Positions 1 to 9,464 of a stretch of 49,593 bases of DNA are shown here, one piece after another. A program made the position numbers and the translations under genes. Origin of the DNA: Candidatus Bathyarchaeia archaeon (lineage in GTDB: Archaea > Thermoproteota > Bathyarchaeia > Bathyarchaeales > Bathycorpusculaceae); NCBI GenBank assembly GCA_050010515.1, contig JBEKKX010000017.1, positions 1-49,593 of the forward strand, written 5' to 3'. Within the stretch, counting starts at the first letter, position 1, and the number at the start of each line of letters is the position of its first letter. The notes beneath the pieces were generated by a model. The model did no database searches. It had not been told where the DNA came from and saw only the letters and a list, made by a program, of their open reading frames with translations.

Positions 1-500
1 CATGCTCCTAAATGCATTAGCAGCGTTAAGATTGAACAGACCGGAAAAAACCAGATCCATCACCATGCTAGCAAGATAGCAGAAATTAACACAAACCAAT
101 CGAATTAGCAACAGACTGGCGCCCTCAAATTCTTGCAAATAACCAAGTGGTTCAAACAATCGTTTTAATCTTTGAAATATGATGGCAGTTTAGCTAAATA
201 CGGCTTTAAAAATGAAAAAATCAATAATTGCAGCCGTGAACATGCCACAGCTCGTATTCCGTATAATTACGCTTTGGAACAATAGTGTCTGCACCAGCTG
301 TTCAAGGGAAAAGTATACTAAGGCATATTCAATCTCCAACGAATCCCCAAAAAAAGTGATATGCTTGCGAAAAAGGGAAAGTTATTATTGTCAGATGAAG
401 CCATAATAGCAAAAATGAGACCACGCCGGTCGGAAAGTACCTCAAGAGAAATTTCCATGCCGAAAAATAAACCAGTATTATCAAATATGAACAAAAACAG

Positions 501-1286
501 TTGGGACAAAAAATGCCTCTAAAGATAATGTTGGAACCAATCAAATTATTTTATGGTATGAATAGATACTGCAAAACCTTTAATCTTTCATTTGGTGAAA
601 CATTGGTGTCTTTTTTTAAGTGTATGTATTTCTTGTGGCTCAGCTTTCCCATTTTAGTACCTCTTTATGTATTTTGGCCAAGCAGTCTAGAGAAATTCAA
701 GGATAAATTCAATTCCAGAAAATTAATGAGCTTTTATAACAGTCCGCTTTATTGGTCGCATTTAATACCACATGAATTTTCAGTTGCTAAACAAAAATAC
801 GTAAAACATATTTTAGATTTGATTGTCGAATTCAATAAAAGTCAGAATATACACATTCTAGAAGCCGGTTGTGGGGTAGGAAGCTATACTACGCATCTTT
901 CGAAAATTGGTGAAGTAACAGCATTAGATATTTCCCAACCAAGCCTTCGCTTGATTCGTTTTCGAATAGGAAAAAGAGTCAATACGATAATGTCCTCAGC
1001 TGAAGTACTTCCTTTTTGTTTAGCTAATTTTGAACTAGCAATATGCATGGATGTACTAGAGCACATAGCAGACCCTAAAAATGTGGTAACTGCATTAATG
1101 AAAACCTTAAATCGTGAAAATGGTATCCTTATCGCTAATTATGACATTGATACTCATGAAAAGGATCACATTGGCAAACTTACGCAACTAGAATTCGAGA
1201 TTTTTTCGAACGAGAACTTTTATGTTACTAAAAAAATTAAATTTGAAATTGGAAGTTTAGTATATATTATCATGAACAAAAAATAA
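501..1286 (+). CDS. Class I SAM-dependent methyltransferase
   Basis: Motif I ILEAGCGVG, motif II VTALDIS, and FELAICMDVLEHIADP; AT-rich; exact start uncertain. Confidence 0.85.
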   Translation: MGQKMPLKIMLEPIKLFYGMNRYCKTFNLSFGETLVSFFKCMYFLWLSFPILVPLYVFWPSSLEKFKDKFNSRKLMSFYNSPLYWSHLIPHEFSVAKQKYVKHILDLIVEFNKSQNIHILEAGCGVGSYTTHLSKIGEVTALDISQPSLRLIRFRIGKRVNTIMSSAEVLPFCLANFELAICMDVLEHIADPKNVVTALMKTLNRENGILIANYDIDTHEKDHIGKLTQLEFEIFSNENFYVTKKIKFEIGSLVYIIMNKK

Positions 1287-1667
1287 AGGTTGCTACAATG
1301 TTGCAGCAACGTTGAAACTACTGAGTCTAATTTCTGAAACCCGTTAACTTGGGGTTTTCTTCTGCCCAAAATTAAGGGAGTCCAAAAATAGGCCAAAAAT
1401 CTTAAAAACCAAATTTAAAACAGGGAAGAAAGTGTGAAGTGGTAAATAAATTGAGAAAGCTCGTCAAAATTTAGAAGAACAAATTCTTCAGTCAAAAGTT
1501 TAACCTTAGTCTTATCTTATTTCAGTGGCAGGATACAAGGTTGGCAGAGTGGCTGCTTTCTGCTTCTTGTGATTTGTATGCTCGAAAACTTTAACGGGAA
1601 ATGGGGACTCTGCATAGTTAGGGTCAGGCAGGTTTATGCGTTTTTTCCGTTTTTCCCGCTCCATCTA

Positions 1668-1841
1668 TTAGCTGCGTTTCTTTGGCACAAACCACATTAT
1701 TGTTCTCTCGAGTTCTTTTTCAAAACCCACATTTGGCCACCTAACAACCTTTTCTAGTTTGCTCGTGTCTGGGTAGCGTCTTTTTGGGTGATCCTTCGGC
1801 AGTGGATGAAATTCTGTGGTTGACTTGCATTTTGTTGTTTC
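1668..1841 (-). pseudogene. Remnant 1: 3' end of UDP-glucuronate decarboxylase (uxs)
   Basis: Translates ETTKCKSTTEFHPLPKDHPKRRYPDTSKLEKVVRWPNVGFEKELERTIMWFVPKK, collinear with the C-terminus of the intact gene at 3802..4812 (AVTKSKSPITFHPLPKDDPKRRAPDTTKLERLVGWKPNVSFEEGLKRTIGWFSQKK); no N-terminal part. Confidence 0.9.
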
Positions 1842-1861
1842 CTTGCCGTAAACCGTAAACA

Positions 1862-1880
1862 TTTATACGTATCGTATACG
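1862..1880 (+). promoter_or_regulatory. TATA box overlapped by an inverted repeat (probable antitoxin operator)
   Basis: TTTATA at 1862-1867 overlaps perfect IR TATACG-tat-CGTATA (1864-1878) and palindrome CGTATACG (1873-1880), just upstream of the antitoxin start. Confidence 0.55.
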
Positions 1881-1903
1881 TGTTATTGTAAACAGTGAAA
1901 GCA

Positions 1904-2212
1904 ATGACAGAAATAGTCTCAACACGAGTTCCTGAAGACATGGCTAAAGACCTAGAAGAAATCGAAAAAGAAGAAAAGGCAGACCGTGCCACCGTGGTAA
2001 GAAAACTCTTAGCAAAGGCAATTGCAGACAGGAAACTCGAAAGGGCATTAACGCTCTATAGCAGCGGAAAAGTAACCCTCTGGAAAGCTTCAAAGATCGC
2101 AGGTTTATCCCTCTGGGAAATAATGGAGATAGTAAGGCAAAGAAAAATTTCTTTCCAGTACACATATGAGGACTTCCGCGAAGACTTCGAAAAAGCCTTG
2201 AAGGAACAATAA
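1904..2212 (+). CDS. UPF0175-family antitoxin with N-terminal ribbon-helix-helix
   Basis: VSTRVPEDMAKDLEEIEKEEKADRATVVRKLL (RHH-like) plus LYSSGKVTLWKASKIAGLS (UPF0175 HTH); TAATG stop/start overlap with the PIN gene. Confidence 0.85.
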   Translation: MTEIVSTRVPEDMAKDLEEIEKEEKADRATVVRKLLAKAIADRKLERALTLYSSGKVTLWKASKIAGLSLWEIMEIVRQRKISFQYTYEDFREDFEKALKEQ

Positions 2213-2751
2213 TGCCCAAACCACTAGTCTTCGACTCAACCCCCCTAATTTACCTGACAAAGTCTTCTTTAGCAGAGCTCCTCAAAGACATCTCCGAACA
2301 AAAATTTACTGCAGCAAGGGTGTTTGAAGAAGTAGTCCGCGAAGGCAAAAAGAAAAAAGCGCCCGAAGCATCTTTTTTAGAGACTTTATTCAATGAGGAA
2401 ATAATCAAGGTCCACAACATAAGCAACAATGGATACCTCAATTATGTGAAGGAAATGGCCGCAGAAAGTGAAATGCAACCATTACATGAGGCGGAAGCCG
2501 AAGTCCTCTGCTTAACTAAGGAGCTAAACGGAATAGCTATAGCCGACGACCAAATCGCCAGATCCGTCGCAAGAATTCTGGGAATAGAACTCCACGGAAC
2601 AGGATACATCTTGGGAAAAATCTTTGCAACTGGAAAAATCGACAAGGAAAAGCTAATAGAGAAAGTTAAAGAAATGCGCGACAGCGGCTGGTACGTATCG
2701 GCTGAAGATTACTTAAAAATAATCGACTACCTCAAAAACCTTAAGATTTGA
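2212..2751 (+). CDS. PIN-domain (DUF3368/COG2405-like) toxin
   Basis: VFDSTPLI, VFEEV, LHEAEAEVL, IADDQIAR, LHGTGYIL motifs. Confidence 0.85.
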   Translation: MPKPLVFDSTPLIYLTKSSLAELLKDISEQKFTAARVFEEVVREGKKKKAPEASFLETLFNEEIIKVHNISNNGYLNYVKEMAAESEMQPLHEAEAEVLCLTKELNGIAIADDQIARSVARILGIELHGTGYILGKIFATGKIDKEKLIEKVKEMRDSGWYVSAEDYLKIIDYLKNLKI

Positions 2752-2774
2752 AATTAAGCCGTAAAAGTAGATTG

Positions 2775-3000
2775 CTTCTTTTGAGAAAACCACGCTACCG
2801 CTCTCTCTTTAGCCCTTCCTCAAAACTCACATCCGGCTTCCACCCAACTAACCTCTCCAGTTTGCTTGTGTCTGGGGCGCGTCTTTTCGGGTCATCTTTA
2901 GCCGAGGGATAAAATTCTATGGCTGATTTGCATTTGGTTGCTTCTTTGATCTTTTTTGCAAGTTCAAAAATGGTTGCTTCCTAATAATTCCCAACGTTCA
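2775..3000 (-). pseudogene. Remnant 2: 3' end of uxs with nonsense and frameshift lesions
   Basis: Reads NVGNY*EATIFELAKKIKEATKCKSAIEFYPSAKDDPKRRAPDTSKLERLVGWKPDVSFEEGLKR, then a 2-nt slip in a GA run, then AVAWFSQKK; long nucleotide matches to 3805-4028 such as tgtgtctggggcgcgtcttttcgggtcatc. Confidence 0.95.
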
Positions 3001-3105
3001 GTTTCTCTCATCAGGAGACGCCATGCCAGGCATGCGAAAATTGAAACCAAAGTTGCCTCAACTCGCAAACTATTAATGAATGCATTTACATACATGTTTA
3101 TGGTG

Positions 3106-3306
3106 ATGTTCACGACCAAAAAAACAACAATAACGCTAAGAGACGACGTTTACCAAAATTTAAAGGAGAAAGCGGGCGCTAGAAACATCTCAAACCAAAT
3201 AAACAAAATACTCATCGACTACTTCACCAAAAAAGACAGCATGTTCGGCGTTATGAAACAAACGGACCTAACCGACCTCCGCGACCACAAGGACCGTTGT
3301 CTATGA
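3106..3306 (+). CDS. VapB-like antitoxin
   Basis: 66 aa, KKTTITLRDDVYQNLKEKAG (beta-helix DNA-binding N-terminus), SMFG..LRDHKDR tail typical of archaeal VapB; ATGA overlap with toxin. Confidence 0.75.
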   Translation: MFTTKKTTITLRDDVYQNLKEKAGARNISNQINKILIDYFTKKDSMFGVMKQTDLTDLRDHKDRCL

Positions 3307-3692
3307 AATATGTGATCGATTCCTACGCGTGGATAGAATACTTCATGGGAACCAAAACAGGCGAAAAAGTTAAAGCCACCATCGAAGGCCAAGAAGAAAA
3401 AATTACCCCAACAATTTGCCTAGCTGAAATCTACGCTAAAACCCTCAGAGTAGAGAACCAAGAACTAGCAGAAAAGCAGAGAATCTTCATAAAAGAAAAA
3501 AGCGCCTTAGTGGCGTTAGACGAACTCATCGCATTGGAATCCGCCAAGATACAGAACAGAATGAAAAAGGAAATCGACGGCTGGGGATTAGCCGACTCCA
3601 TAGTCTACGCCACTGGACAAATCAAGAGGGCAGAAGTAGTAACTGGCGACGAACACTTCAAAAATCTAAAAAACGTAATTTTCATAAAATAA
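3303..3692 (+). CDS. vapC: VapC PIN ribonuclease toxin
   Basis: YVIDSYAWIEYF, LAEI, GLADSIVYATG, VVTGDEHF: full acidic PIN catalytic set. Confidence 0.9.
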   Translation: MKYVIDSYAWIEYFMGTKTGEKVKATIEGQEEKITPTICLAEIYAKTLRVENQELAEKQRIFIKEKSALVALDELIALESAKIQNRMKKEIDGWGLADSIVYATGQIKRAEVVTGDEHFKNLKNVIFIK

Positions 3693-3801
3693 CTCAGCCT
3701 TCAAATTCTTCTCGCTCGCTTTTACACGCTGATGAATCATAAATCACTAAAACAAGCCAGAGAAACGAACAGTTGAAAACAAGATAACCCCTTAACGACG
3801 C

Positions 3802-4812
3802 CTACTTCTTTTGTGAAAACCACCCAATCGTTCTCTTAAGCCCTTCTTCAAAGCTCACGTTCGGCTTCCACCCAACGAGCCTCTCCAGTTTGGTTGTGTC
3901 TGGGGCGCGTCTTTTCGGGTCATCCTTCGGCAACGGATGGAACGTAATAGGTGACTTGCTTTTAGTTACTGCTTTAATATTTTGTGCAAGCTCCAGAATG
4001 GTCACTTCCTGAGCGTTGCCAACATTCACAACTTCGCCCTTCACATTGGAAGCAGATATCAGCAACAATAAACTTGTAACTGTGTCGGTTATATAGCAGA
4101 AGGAACGGGTTTGTTTTCCATCCCCATAAACTGTTATGGGCTGATTAGTCAAAGCCTGCAAGATAAAACGTGATATCGCTCTCCCATAAAGCCCATCTTC
4201 CCGCAGGCGTGGACCATACGAATTAAAAATCCTCGAAACCCTCACATCCAAACCATACTGCCTACAATAAGCCATCAACAGCGCTTCGGCGAACCGTTTT
4301 CCCTCGTCATAGCACGATCTAGGCCCAATGGGGTTAACTTTCCCCCAATAACTTTCGGGTGTAGGAATAACTTCCGTGTCACCATAAACCTCCGAAGTCG
4401 AAGCAAACAACAACGTAGCATCACTTTTCCTAGCCAACTCCGCCATACCAAAGCTACCTAAAGCACTAGTCTGCAAGGTCTCAATCGGATGCGCTTGATA
4501 CTCATCAGGAGACGCATGTCCAGCCAGATGAAAAATAAAATCAAACTTTTCCTTACACTCAAACGCGCAAACATCAGACTTTACCAACTTGAACAATGCG
4601 TTTTTGGTTAAGTGGTCAATGTTTTTGGTCCTTCCAGTGGACAAATCATCCACAGCTGTCACATCAGCGCCAAAAGCTACCAGCACATCGCAAAGCCAAC
4701 TGCCAATAAACCCAGCGCCGCCAGTTACGAGCACCTTTTTTTCTGCAAAGGCATCTCCTTCAACGGTGCGCTTTATTTTTTCAAGATCTTGCCTGATTAT
4801 TTTGTCCATCAT
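3802..4812 (-). CDS. UDP-glucuronate decarboxylase (UXS-type extended SDR)
   Basis: TGGAGFIGS, HLAGHASP, STSEVYGD, YWGKVNPIGPRSCYDEGKR, DDPKRRAPD. Confidence 0.9.
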   Translation of the reverse strand: MMDKIIRQDLEKIKRTVEGDAFAEKKVLVTGGAGFIGSWLCDVLVAFGADVTAVDDLSTGRTKNIDHLTKNALFKLVKSDVCAFECKEKFDFIFHLAGHASPDEYQAHPIETLQTSALGSFGMAELARKSDATLLFASTSEVYGDTEVIPTPESYWGKVNPIGPRSCYDEGKRFAEALLMAYCRQYGLDVRVSRIFNSYGPRLREDGLYGRAISRFILQALTNQPITVYGDGKQTRSFCYITDTVTSLLLLISASNVKGEVVNVGNAQEVTILELAQNIKAVTKSKSPITFHPLPKDDPKRRAPDTTKLERLVGWKPNVSFEEGLKRTIGWFSQKK

Positions 4813-5681
4813 ATGTTTGGTCTCTTACAAAACTGTTGATATGACAATTCTAAGGCTTCCCAATACCTTTCAGGACTGCCGATATCCAAGTGAGCATAGC
4901 TCTTGTCCAACTTTACAGCGTACACCTTCAAGCCCCAGTCAATAAGCTTCTGGATGGCGTCGGTAAGCTGGATTTCTCCGTTCTTTCCAGGCTCAGTCGT
5001 TTCTAAGGCTTTAAAAATAATTGGGTGAAAAATATATATTGCCATAATTGCCCAGTTCGTCTTGGGCTTCTCAGGTTTCTCAACCACCGACTTTACTTTT
5101 ATTATTCCCGGTTCTATCTCGTCTCCTTCAACGATTCCATACTGCTTGGGATTCTCAATCTCCAGCACAAGAAATGCAGCGTCCGCATTAAACCGCTCAA
5201 AGGCTTCAAGCAGCTTCTTTATGTAATCCATATCTTTCGATATTACGCAACTATCCCCCGCATGCACCAAGCAACTTTCGTTCTGCACGAAAGGTTGAGC
5301 CGTTAAAACCGCGTTTCCAAACCCTTTCGGTTCAGGCTGATTAACCCACATAGTCGTCGAAGTCTCAAGTTTCTCATAAAAAACCTCAAGATCAGACGCT
5401 TGCCCGTTTTTGCCCATGTCTTCAAGCGTTCTAATACAATGCGTATCAGGAGTGAAATGATCTTCTATTCCCCGCTTGCCTCTGCCAACAACGTAACAGA
5501 ACTCACGAAGCCCAGCATCATACAATTGCTCGAAAACCAGTTGTACCACTGGTTTCACTACCATGTCACCCTGTATGGTCTTAGTGAAAATTGGAAGCAT
5601 TTCTTTAGGCTGCTCCTTGGTCGCTGGAAATAAACGTGTTCCCAAACCTGCAGCAGGAATTATAACCTTGCGAATCATCAA
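4809..5681 (-). CDS. galU: UTP--glucose-1-phosphate uridylyltransferase
   Basis: IPAAGLGTRLFPATKEQPKEMLP, QPEPKGFGNA, VEKP, GEIQLTDAI. Confidence 0.9.
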   Translation of the reverse strand: MMIRKVIIPAAGLGTRLFPATKEQPKEMLPIFTKTIQGDMVVKPVVQLVFEQLYDAGLREFCYVVGRGKRGIEDHFTPDTHCIRTLEDMGKNGQASDLEVFYEKLETSTTMWVNQPEPKGFGNAVLTAQPFVQNESCLVHAGDSCVISKDMDYIKKLLEAFERFNADAAFLVLEIENPKQYGIVEGDEIEPGIIKVKSVVEKPEKPKTNWAIMAIYIFHPIIFKALETTEPGKNGEIQLTDAIQKLIDWGLKVYAVKLDKSYAHLDIGSPERYWEALELSYQQFCKRPNI

Positions 5682-5776
5682 ATATCCTCTTGCCTTTCTG
5701 TTGTTATATTAACCCATTATATATTTATATGATAACTTAATCCAAATTAACAATTAATTTGAGGGTTTGCCTTTGC

Positions 5777-5854
5777 CTTAGGTTGCTCCTTAGTCGCCTG
5801 AAACAAACGCGTTCCCAAACCTGCAGTTGGAACAACAACTTTACGAATTATCAA
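5777..5854 (-). pseudogene. Duplicated 5' end of galU (26 codons)
   Basis: TTG-started IIRKVVVPTAGLGTRLFQATKEQPK versus galU MIRKVIIPAAGLGTRLFPATKEQPK; similarity stops abruptly. Confidence 0.9.
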
Positions 5855-5941
5855 AATTTTTTCCAACCTTTTCACCATAACTAATATATACTCACTGAAG
5901 ATTGAAAACGAATCATTACACTAAACTGAGGAATCAAACTC

Positions 5942-7282
5942 ATGGAAAAACCTAACATATCTGTTTTAGGCATAGGCTACGTGGGCTTGTGCACCGCCGT
6001 TGGATTTGCCAGCAAAGGCTACAACGTCATCGCTTCGACTCATGACGCCGAAAAAGCAGCCAAAATAAACAAAGGAATCCCACCATTTCACGAACCCAAC
6101 CTTCAAAATCTGCTTGAAAAAACCGTCCAAAACGGCTATCTAAAATGTTTAATTGATCAAACAGAAAAAGCCGTCCTCGAAACAGACCTAACCTTTAACG
6201 CTGTGGGAACCCCCAGCAGACCAGACGGCAGCATAGACCTGCAATTCATAGAAACATCATCACGCGACATGGGAAAGGCGCTCAACAAAAAAAGTACATA
6301 CCACGTGGTAGTGATAAAAAGCACCGTTGTCCCCGGAACAACACAGGATCTCGTCAAACCAATCCTTGAAAAAGAATCAAAAAAGAAATGTGGTCCAGAC
6401 TTTGGTTTATGCATGAGCCCAGAATTTCTACGCCAAGGCTCCGCCTTCGAAGATACAATGCACACCGACCGCATAGTCATAGGCGAATACGACAAGAAAT
6501 CTGGTGGCACCTTAGAAAACCTTTACAAAGGCTTCTACGCCAAAAATACGCCCCCAACAATCAGAACCACCCTCTCAACAGCCGAACTGATCAAGTACGC
6601 CAGCAACTCCTTACTCGCCACAAAAATCAGCTTCATCAACACCATCGCCAACATATGCGAAAAAATTCCCGGCGCAGACGTAAAAACCGTAGCCACCGCC
6701 ATGGGACTAGACAAAAGAATCGGCCCACTATTCCTAAACGCTGGACTAGGCTACGGCGGTTCATGTTTTCCCAAAGACGTAAAAGCCCTCATGGCACACT
6801 CAAAAAACCTCGGCTACCCACTAAAACTACTAGACGCCGTCGAAGACGTAAACAAAACTCAACCCCTAAAAGCAATCCAATTCTGCAAAGAACAACTCGG
6901 CAACCTAGAAGGCAAACGCATAGCAATTCTAGGCTTAGCATTCAAAGCAGACACAGACGACATGAGAGAAGCACGCGCCATACCCATAATAAACCAGCTA
7001 CTAAAAGAAGGCGCCAACATAATCGCTTACGACCCAGTCGCTGTACCCACCGCAAAGACCATTTTCAACAACAAAATCCAGTACGCCACTTCAGCACTTG
7101 ACTGCATAAAAAACGCGGACTGCTGCATAATTGTGACAGAATGGTCAGAATTCCAAAAGCTCAGCCCTGACGATTTCATGAAAAATATGAAGCAGCCCAT
7201 ACTTATTGATGGCAGACGCATCTACAATCCCGAAACCTACAGCGCAAAACTCAAATTCACCGCTGTAGGCCTAGGCAAATAA
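5942..7282 (+). CDS. ugd: UDP-glucose/GDP-mannose 6-dehydrogenase
   Basis: GIGYVG, AVGTP, IKSTVVPGT, PEFLRQG, catalytic GYGGSCFPKD, AFKADTDDMRE. Confidence 0.92.
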   Translation: MEKPNISVLGIGYVGLCTAVGFASKGYNVIASTHDAEKAAKINKGIPPFHEPNLQNLLEKTVQNGYLKCLIDQTEKAVLETDLTFNAVGTPSRPDGSIDLQFIETSSRDMGKALNKKSTYHVVVIKSTVVPGTTQDLVKPILEKESKKKCGPDFGLCMSPEFLRQGSAFEDTMHTDRIVIGEYDKKSGGTLENLYKGFYAKNTPPTIRTTLSTAELIKYASNSLLATKISFINTIANICEKIPGADVKTVATAMGLDKRIGPLFLNAGLGYGGSCFPKDVKALMAHSKNLGYPLKLLDAVEDVNKTQPLKAIQFCKEQLGNLEGKRIAILGLAFKADTDDMREARAIPIINQLLKEGANIIAYDPVAVPTAKTIFNNKIQYATSALDCIKNADCCIIVTEWSEFQKLSPDDFMKNMKQPILIDGRRIYNPETYSAKLKFTAVGLGK

Positions 7283-7456
7283 CCCACTGCCAAACATCAT
7301 AAGCAGGCTCTAATCGTGTGTACTAATGCCATGAGAACTGTGTACACCAAGCAACAACAAGAACTATCGCTAATTCTAGCATATTAAACCAAAAGTGATA
7401 AACAGCACCCGCCAACAACAGTTAACTTACAAGCTAACAGCAATCGGGAAAGACAC

Positions 7457-9034
7457 ATGACCAAGGCTACAGAGATGGCAAGAGTTTCAGCCAGAGGCGG
7501 CTTTAACCTTCTGTGGGGCTTAGTTGTTTCTACGGTCATCTCAGCTGTAGGCACCATAGCTATCACTTACATTCTGGGTGCAGAAAAGTACGGTTTATAC
7601 TCAATTGCTCTTATTGCACCAACCCTAATCTCCACATTCCGAGACTGGGGAGTAAACTCAGCCATGGTAAAATACTCTGCGCAATACAACGCTGAAAACA
7701 ACGCCAAAATAAGAAGCATCTTTTTCTCAGGCTTTGTGTTCGAGATCCTCTTAGGTTTATCACTTTCCTTTCTCTCATTTGGCCTTTCCCCCATCTTAGC
7801 CCTAAGCTTGCACCGCCCCACAATAGTCCCCTTAATCCAAATCGCTTCTCTCTTCATCCTATCTGGCGCACTAGTGAACACAGCAACTGCCGCATTCACA
7901 GGCATGGAAACAATGCATCTCTACAGTTTCATGCTGATAATTCAATCAATAGCCAAGACTGCTCTGATAGTTACACTAGTACTCTTAGGCTTCGGCACTC
8001 TTGGAGCAGTAACAGGTTTCACAACAGCCTCCCTATTCGCGGGGTTAGCCGGCATACTCCTAATGTGGACCATGTACAAATCCCTGCCTAAATCAATAAA
8101 CAGCAAAATGGAAATATTTGCAACAATTAAAACCATGTTAAAATACGGTTTACCAGTTTCAATAGGCACCATCCTTACAGGATTCCTAACCGTATTCTAC
8201 AGCTATATACTGGCAATCTATGTAACTAACAACGCTATCATCGGCAACTACAACTTAGCCATAAATTTCTCAGTTCTAATAACTTTCTTCGCTACTCCCG
8301 TCACAACCATGTTGTTTCCCGCATTCTCCAAACTAGACTATAAAAAAGACAATGAGACTCTAAAAAACGTCTTCCAATATTCAGTAAAGTACGCCGCGCT
8401 CATTGTCGTGCCAGTTACAGCCATGGTAATTGCCCTTGCACAACCAGGCATTGGCACTATATATCAAAACAGATATGCTGACGCGCCATTATTTTTGGCA
8501 TTGCTGTCAGTAACTTATCTTTATACTGCTTTCGGAAATTTGAGTATAAGCAACTTGATAAACGGCCAAGGTTACACAACATTCAACATGAAATTGTCTA
8601 TTCTTACAGTCGCAATCGGTTTTCCCATAAGTTTCCTGTTAATTTCTAACTTCGGAGTTATAGGCTTAATCGTAACTACCTTAACAGTCAGTCTCCCAAG
8701 CTTGTTTATAGGTTTACGATTTATCAAAAAGCACTTCGGAGTATCAGTAGATTGGGTATCTTCCGCCAAAATTCTATTTTCTTCAATAATAACCGCAATC
8801 TTAACATACATTCTCATCTCTCAACTGGCTTTTTCCAACCCGATACGACTAGCCATAGGCATAATTGCTTTCGTAGTTATTTTCATTGCTGCAACGCTAG
8901 TTACTCGAACCGTTAACAGAGCTGACCTGTATAATCTTCGGGAAATTATTAATGTGCTCGGGCCTCTTCGTAAACCTTTACGTTTTCTGCTGAATATCAT
9001 CGAGAAATTAATGACGATCCTTCGTACAAAGTAA
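7457..9034 (+). CDS. Oligosaccharide flippase (Wzx/MOP superfamily)
   Basis: 525 aa, many hydrophobic segments, LGAEKYGLY, DWGVNSAMVKY, LFPAFSK; glycan cluster context. Confidence 0.85.
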   Translation: MTKATEMARVSARGGFNLLWGLVVSTVISAVGTIAITYILGAEKYGLYSIALIAPTLISTFRDWGVNSAMVKYSAQYNAENNAKIRSIFFSGFVFEILLGLSLSFLSFGLSPILALSLHRPTIVPLIQIASLFILSGALVNTATAAFTGMETMHLYSFMLIIQSIAKTALIVTLVLLGFGTLGAVTGFTTASLFAGLAGILLMWTMYKSLPKSINSKMEIFATIKTMLKYGLPVSIGTILTGFLTVFYSYILAIYVTNNAIIGNYNLAINFSVLITFFATPVTTMLFPAFSKLDYKKDNETLKNVFQYSVKYAALIVVPVTAMVIALAQPGIGTIYQNRYADAPLFLALLSVTYLYTAFGNLSISNLINGQGYTTFNMKLSILTVAIGFPISFLLISNFGVIGLIVTTLTVSLPSLFIGLRFIKKHFGVSVDWVSSAKILFSSIITAILTYILISQLAFSNPIRLAIGIIAFVVIFIAATLVTRTVNRADLYNLREIINVLGPLRKPLRFLLNIIEKLMTILRTK

Positions 9035-9077
9035 ATTAGGCGAAAACAGTGGCAACAGCTCCAATGTTAAAGAATAT

Positions 9078-9269
9078 TTATTGTACCAGGCGGTCTTCAG
9101 TTAAGTTTCCATCTATTTCCATAGCAAACTGCTCTGCTATTCTGGCTAGTGATCTGTACTTACCGCTGTAACTTCCGCCGACATGTGTGCATGTATAGCT
9201 CGAGTTAGAGTAAAGGCTGCATGAACGGGTGAACTTGCATTTTATTCCCCGTTTGCGAAAAGACGACAA
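9078..9269 (-). CDS. Small hypothetical Cys-containing protein
   Basis: 63-aa ORF filling an intergenic gap, CKFTRSC..YTCTHVGGSY; no recognised family. Confidence 0.3.
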   Translation of the reverse strand: MSSFRKRGIKCKFTRSCSLYSNSSYTCTHVGGSYSGKYRSLARIAEQFAMEIDGNLTEDRLVQ

Positions 9270-9464
9270 TACATTGCGTTTAAGTATTGTTCTCGTTTAA
9301 TCTTCACCAAGAATTAAGCGATCTCTAATATGCTATTTCTTTTCAATCGCTAATAGGACTATGTTGTTGTACAACTACAACCACAACTGAACTTCAACGT
9401 AAACTTATTTAAGTGATAAAATCAATGCTAGTTAAAGTAAGCATTCAACATATTAGTGATTAGC

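Noticed and set aside
1-500. Short ORFs on both strands at the window start
   Set aside because: No long open frame in the frames examined and no recognisable motif; possibly a decayed gene, but I cannot assign it.
1289-1310. Inverted repeat gttgctacaa-tg-ttgcagcaac after the methyltransferase
   Set aside because: Single short palindrome with no second copy; function cannot be inferred.
6388-7101. 237-aa Arg/His-rich ORF overlapping ugd on the same strand
   Set aside because: Shadow frame produced by the C-rich third-position bias of ugd.
9362-9388. Near-palindrome tgttgttgtacaactaca and CAAC micro-repeats upstream of rmlA
   Set aside because: Low-complexity sequence; not a CRISPR repeat, and operator function is unsupported.
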